Shown here in pieces: positions 59,595 through 64,000 of a DNA stretch of 64,000 nt; the first letter of the stretch is position 1; every line of letters begins with the position of its first letter. Made by a program: the position numbers and the translations under genes. The notes below the pieces were generated by a model, which had not been told where the DNA came from, ran no database searches, and saw nothing but the letters and a program-made list of their open reading frames with translations. This stretch comes from Candidatus Omnitrophota bacterium (GTDB lineage: Bacteria; Omnitrophota; Gorgyraeia; Tantalellales; Tantalellaceae). Location of the stretch: NCBI GenBank assembly GCA_043812935.1, contig JBDRLO010000024.1, positions 9,295 through 73,294 of the forward strand, written 5' to 3'.

Positions 59595-60374
59595 TTACGA
59601 TATATTTTTATTTTTACGACGAAGTAGTAATACTGAGAGCAGGCATAATAAACTTACAATACAAATACTGAGCATGGTTATTTGCGATAATGTCAGCCAA
59701 TGCCATATTGTAATACTGTCAATTCGCAAAAGCTCAACAAAAAAACGAAAAAAACCATACATGCAGAATGTGCCGAAAAAAATGGCGCCGGGAACATGAT
59801 TTTTTTTGTAAAAATGGCGCATAAGAAAAAATATAATTGCCAGAAAAATGATTGAATATGCCTGTGTCGGATGGCTTGGAACGATCGGCGGAGGCATGGT
59901 TTTAAAAGCAACTGCCCATGGTAGTGTTGAAGGTTTGCCATAGCAGCAGCCGTAAGACAGGCACCCTATCCTGACAAATAACATTTGAATGATAATAAAC
60001 GGTGCCGCATAGTCAGCTGTAATGAGAAAGCTTATACGTTTTTTTCGGAATTTTGTAAATATCACGAGTGCCAGGACTTCAAACGCAAACGCTCCAAGAG
60101 AAGCATACCCCACACGGCGGAACATATATTTAAAAGAAGGGTATCCTGCTTCCTGTATAGCCTGCCAATGCAAAAATGAGAATAAAACCTTTGATCCTAA
60201 AAGCCCCATGTAACCCATTAAAATACCGCATAGAAAAATACCGATGCGGCTTATGGGAAACATTTTCGGCCGGTTAAGAACCGCAAGGGCTATTGCGATT
60301 ATAGCACCCGCAAGGAGACAAACATCCCATGTAGGGACATGAAAGCTTGTCCCCTCAAATAGTGTTGGAAACAT
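59595..60374 (-). CDS. lgt: Prolipoprotein diacylglyceryl transferase family protein
   Basis: MFPTLF, RIGCLSYGCCYG, PWAV, HPTQAY, RFFVELLR, LSQ. Confidence 0.8.
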   Translation of the reverse strand: MFPTLFEGTSFHVPTWDVCLLAGAIIAIALAVLNRPKMFPISRIGIFLCGILMGYMGLLGSKVLFSFLHWQAIQEAGYPSFKYMFRRVGYASLGAFAFEVLALVIFTKFRKKRISFLITADYAAPFIIIQMLFVRIGCLSYGCCYGKPSTLPWAVAFKTMPPPIVPSHPTQAYSIIFLAIIFFLMRHFYKKNHVPGAIFFGTFCMYGFFRFFVELLRIDSITIWHWLTLSQITMLSICIVSLLCLLSVLLLRRKNKNIS

Positions 60375-60513
60375 AGGAAACCTTTCTTTTCTTTGTAGCT
60401 AGTATATACGATGTTCTTGTATTTGTCGAGTTTAGCCAAAGAAATTTTTATTATATATTGAAAATCAAGCCTATTTTTCAAAATATAGTTATTTTTAGTT
60501 TTTTTGGTTAATT

Positions 60514-61686
60514 TTATGCGCTTATATCCACATGGAACAGGTTATCAATGAATTCGCGTATGGTTTCTGAAATGCGCAGGCGTGAGATGTTTTCAAGCGC
60601 GGTGAATACCTGTTTCAAACGGCTCAATGTGTTTTCGGAACATTCAATTGCTATGATATGCGGAGATTTTCCGGAATCTGTATAACGTTTTAAAAGGTTT
60701 GCGGCGGCTATCATTGGTATAATACGGTTAAGCCTTTTCCCTTCCTCGTCTTTTGTCAGGATATTTTTACCAATTATGACATAACTGGGGGTGCCTGGTT
60801 CCCCGTTGATTTGTAAAGATTTAATCAGCTGATTTGTTCCGGTATCGGATTCAGGCGAAACAATGGAAACTGCAAATGGTAAAATTTCCGGGATTTTTTC
60901 TTCTTTCTTTTTGATTTTTAAAGCTGTATTTATTGCGCCGACAATATCTTCTGTGCCGTCCGGAATTGTAATATCTTTTGGATCCAATATAATGACGTTT
61001 TCAAGCAGAATAAGTTTTGATGCTGTATTTAACGGAAGAGGCGCGTTTGGATTATTAATAATCGAAACATAAAAATCGTTATGCGCAAATTTTTCTATTT
61101 CCGGAAGCATGGTATTTATATCAATGCAGGGGAGTCGACTGTCTATAACAATTGCTTTCGGAATTTTGGGCATTAAGGTAAGAACTCTGTTTATTGTTTG
61201 ACCCGTCCTAATATCCTCTTGTTCTGCCGCAATTTTCCTGTGTTTAAGAGCAATATTCGCGAATGATACATTGGGATTGTTTCTTAAATAATTGATGAAT
61301 CGTGTGTGAAAGGCAAGAAATGTGTCAATACCTTTGTCTTTTTTGTGCATTGTGCCGGCTGTATGAGCATCAATGGAAACGCCGATAGCCTCATTGTAAC
61401 TTTCAAGCCAAGGTTCCGTATCATTCGGGTTAACGGAGGGTTGTTCTTTGGGTAACTCCGGCTGTGTATTTGAAAAAACATCGGAATTATATGTATCAAA
61501 AATTGATTCGAGAATATCATGCCGCTTTTCGTCAGGAAGTGCTTTTTCAAGTATTTCCCGCATCTCACTACGGGTTCTATTTTTTAATTTTCCTAAGGTG
61601 TCTCTAGAAAAACCGCCCAGATATGGATTGACAAGGTAGGGATATATGTTCGCCAAAGCGACGAGATCGGAATGTTTATTTGTCAA
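60514..61686 (-). CDS. Hypothetical protein; C-terminal about 215 aa paralogous to the neighbouring ORF; 5' end uncertain
   Basis: 390-aa ORF from TTG; shared motifs LPFA, LLKRY, IECSEN, ISRL. Confidence 0.7.
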   Translation of the reverse strand: MTNKHSDLVALANIYPYLVNPYLGGFSRDTLGKLKNRTRSEMREILEKALPDEKRHDILESIFDTYNSDVFSNTQPELPKEQPSVNPNDTEPWLESYNEAIGVSIDAHTAGTMHKKDKGIDTFLAFHTRFINYLRNNPNVSFANIALKHRKIAAEQEDIRTGQTINRVLTLMPKIPKAIVIDSRLPCIDINTMLPEIEKFAHNDFYVSIINNPNAPLPLNTASKLILLENVIILDPKDITIPDGTEDIVGAINTALKIKKKEEKIPEILPFAVSIVSPESDTGTNQLIKSLQINGEPGTPSYVIIGKNILTKDEEGKRLNRIIPMIAAANLLKRYTDSGKSPHIIAIECSENTLSRLKQVFTALENISRLRISETIREFIDNLFHVDISA

Positions 61687-61710
61687 GTCCTGTATCTGGG
61701 CGGTTTTTCT
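61606..61710. repeat. About 30-bp inverted repeat spanning the 5' end of the 390-aa ORF
   Basis: AGAAAAACCGCCCAGATA-tggat-TGACAA vs reverse complement AGAAAAACCGCCCAGATA-caggact-TGACAA. Confidence 0.8.
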
Positions 61711-61863
61711 GCCGTTTCCAGCATGTTCTCTGTTGTTTTACCTCCCTGCATATTAAAAAATATATGCGGTCGTTTATCGGAAACTTTATGTTCAAAATCT
61801 TCTTTATTTCTAACAACAATTTACTTACAATAAAAAAAACCATCAAACTAAAAAACTAAACGA

Positions 61864-64000
61864 TTATAATGATCTGGTGGTTTGAATGATGGCGCTGATC
61901 TTTTCCGTGATTTCGTCGTTGATGTTTAGGCGTGTGATCACGGTTAAAATGATATCCATAAGGTTGCGAATCTTTTGCAGTATGTTTTCTGAGCACTCCA
62001 CTGCTACCACATTTGTCTGTTTTTCTTTGGATAGGTATCTTTTTAGGATACTTGTAAGCGCCATAACCGGAAGCATATTCAAGATGTGTTCGGTTTCAGC
62101 GTCTTTTTTGTCCACAACACTCCTGCCGGCAATAATAAAATTGGCTTTTTCTGCCGCAGGGCCCTCAAGGTGTGACAGAAATCCTTCCGCCATGGATTCG
62201 GTCGTGACGACCGACATTGCCGCAAACGGTAAATCATCGATCCTGAGTTTCGCAAGCAGAAAGTCTCTTGCCTGGCGGACAATGGGTCGCGCGGGGTCAA
62301 TACCCGTTAAGTGTGTAATATTGTCCGGCAATATGAATTCACCTATCGCTTTTTGCATACGGTTTTCCTGATCGATCAGGCACATATATACAGTTGGGTT
62401 TGCTTCTGCCAATCGTTCAACCGCAGGCAGTATACGGGTAAGGACATCTTCTGGTACGTCTCTCAAGTCATATACAATTGCCTGATTCTTCGGTATAAAG
62501 TCTTTGGTCAGCAGTATGGATAGGTTCTTGGCGAGTTCTTCCTCTACTGTTTCCGCCATCGCGGTATTTTCAGTATTATTCAGAAGTTGTTTTCGTATTA
62601 TATTCTTCAGTTCATACGGAAGTAATCCTATGCTTTCGAAAAAGTCTATATCTTTATTTAAAAGCTTTAATTGAAATGTTTTCTCTTCTGTCTCTGCCAT
62701 TTCTTTACCGTTGTATTCCTGCTTTCCCTCTAATGCCATTTGTAGATAATAACTTAAACCCTCTGTTCCAAAGATATCCTTATTATTTTTGTAAAGCGGA
62801 GTCTCAAATAAATCATTTAATTCAGGATGATTAACACTGAAGTAATTTTTTATTTGCTCTATTTTTTGAGGACCCAAATCATTATGTATCGAATGAATAA
62901 ATTCGTGGATAAATGGTCCAACATCTGTACTGATATAAGCACGTTGGTATATTGAATCTATGTCACAAAACGCTCCGCCCTCTTGACTATATATAACATA
63001 TTGTTGCGATATGTTGGCATCAAAACCCTTTTCAAGCATAAATAAAAGAAATTTCTTAATAACAGGCTGGGCAGTAAGACTTTTTTTAAATTCTTTCCAA
63101 TCTGTTTCGTTTTCTATCCATGAACTACAAATAGTAGGCTGAAAGTCAGCTTGCGCAGGAACCATTTCAGAAGTTTTGGATTCTATAAAAGTTGCAATTT
63201 TATCAGAATACTCATTCGGTAATTGATAATATGGTGTGCGAATACCATTAAGTGCAGTTTCTCCGAAGACAACCTCTTCCTCTACTTTCATTGCAATGTT
63301 CTTAATCTCATCATTTGAGTAGAAAACCATAAAATATACCTCTCCTCCATCAGCAAGATTACCACTATACACGAGTATACGGCTATACGCACTATGTCGG
63401 TATTCATCTAAATATTCAGCTTTAAAGAAGTTAACATGGTTAAAAAACTTTTCAATAGATTGAATGCTTAATTCACCATCTGGTATTCCTGTTATCCATT
63501 TTCGTAAAATAGTTGCAGCGGATTCGTTGTAACGCAATTTATTTAAAAGCTTTTCTTCACGGCTATCGTCAATGTCTGTGTCTTTTTCTTCTGTTTCAAT
63601 CAAAAGATCAGGATCATAATTATTCGCGAACGCTCCTATCCGCGCATCTATTGTGTTGTTGACGGGAGTTTCTCTTACAAGTTCTGTTGTAAGCGTTATC
63701 ATAGCATTTTTAAGGCGGTCTTGCCTCATTCTGCTTATTGAGACAGAGTCCAGTTGCGCTAAATACGGGTATTTTTTCACAAAAGCTGTTCGCCTTACGT
63801 ATTTTACAATATCATTTATGTTGTTTGCTAAATCCTGCGGAGACATGTCAATTAGAAATGTGGAGATTCCTGCTTTCGCAGGAATAACAGGTACTGGTTT
63901 CTTAACAATCGTAAATTCTATATCCGGATAATCCGAAGACAGTTGTTTCAGTGCATCTTTGTTAATTTCGACAATACCGACGATTGGTCGAGACGGTTTT
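61864..64000 (-). CDS. 5'-truncated large protein with HExxH zincin-like domain and shared C-terminal domain
   Basis: Frame stays open from 63846 to the window edge (KPSRPIVGIVEINKD...IDMSPQ); FIHEFIHS...TEGL. Confidence 0.8.
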   Translation of the reverse strand, partial: KPSRPIVGIVEINKDALKQLSSDYPDIEFTIVKKPVPVIPAKAGISTFLIDMSPQDLANNINDIVKYVRRTAFVKKYPYLAQLDSVSISRMRQDRLKNAMITLTTELVRETPVNNTIDARIGAFANNYDPDLLIETEEKDTDIDDSREEKLLNKLRYNESAATILRKWITGIPDGELSIQSIEKFFNHVNFFKAEYLDEYRHSAYSRILVYSGNLADGGEVYFMVFYSNDEIKNIAMKVEEEVVFGETALNGIRTPYYQLPNEYSDKIATFIESKTSEMVPAQADFQPTICSSWIENETDWKEFKKSLTAQPVIKKFLLFMLEKGFDANISQQYVIYSQEGGAFCDIDSIYQRAYISTDVGPFIHEFIHSIHNDLGPQKIEQIKNYFSVNHPELNDLFETPLYKNNKDIFGTEGLSYYLQMALEGKQEYNGKEMAETEEKTFQLKLLNKDIDFFESIGLLPYELKNIIRKQLLNNTENTAMAETVEEELAKNLSILLTKDFIPKNQAIVYDLRDVPEDVLTRILPAVERLAEANPTVYMCLIDQENRMQKAIGEFILPDNITHLTGIDPARPIVRQARDFLLAKLRIDDLPFAAMSVVTTESMAEGFLSHLEGPAAEKANFIIAGRSVVDKKDAETEHILNMLPVMALTSILKRYLSKEKQTNVVAVECSENILQKIRNLMDIILTVITRLNINDEITEKISAIIQTTRSL
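63863..63888. repeat. Palindromic repeat (ATTCC-n-GGAAT, dRS3/RPE-like) in frame within a CDS
   Basis: GAGATTCCTGCTTTCGCAGGAATAAC, translating as VIPAKAGIS on the minus strand. Confidence 0.7.

Overview
AT-rich bacterial chromosome segment. Gene content and protein style suggest a PVC-superphylum organism, most likely Candidatus Omnitrophota (inference; no marker phylogeny possible here). Positions 1-47 kb are mostly + strand housekeeping genes: yhaM-like, tpx, uvrA, TPR-exbB-exbD-tonB-like, rsmE, mtaB, endonuclease Q, dnaG-rpoD, dtd, PPi-type PFK, RNase HI, rnpB, three tRNAs, an ABC exporter, arsR-feoAB and the AmmeMemoRadiSam genes. One IS1202/ISNCY-type insertion sequence interrupts this block. 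At 48164-48191 lies a XerCD dif-like site, followed by a toxin-antitoxin islet (HTH-Fic, AbiEi/AbiEii) and a minus-strand cluster of orphan proteins. That cluster includes a 2219-aa multi-TM protein built from duplicated modules and two paralogs sharing a C-terminal domain, the last running off the window. Most notable: (1) a ParA ATPase fused to a glycogen-binding CBM48-like domain, between a membrane-anchored CBM and a GH130 gene; (2) an unannotated 39-aa (VAKKK)6 histone-H1-like gene with its own RBS and terminator; (3) an AmmeMemoRadiSam system whose components carry export signals; (4) the modular giant/orphan protein cluster with internal signal-peptide-like segments and similar C-termini; (5) several small repeat families (7-mer and 8-mer arrays, REP-like palindromes, one in frame in a CDS). 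No CRISPR array or rRNA was seen. Functional calls come from motif recognition by eye, not from database searches.
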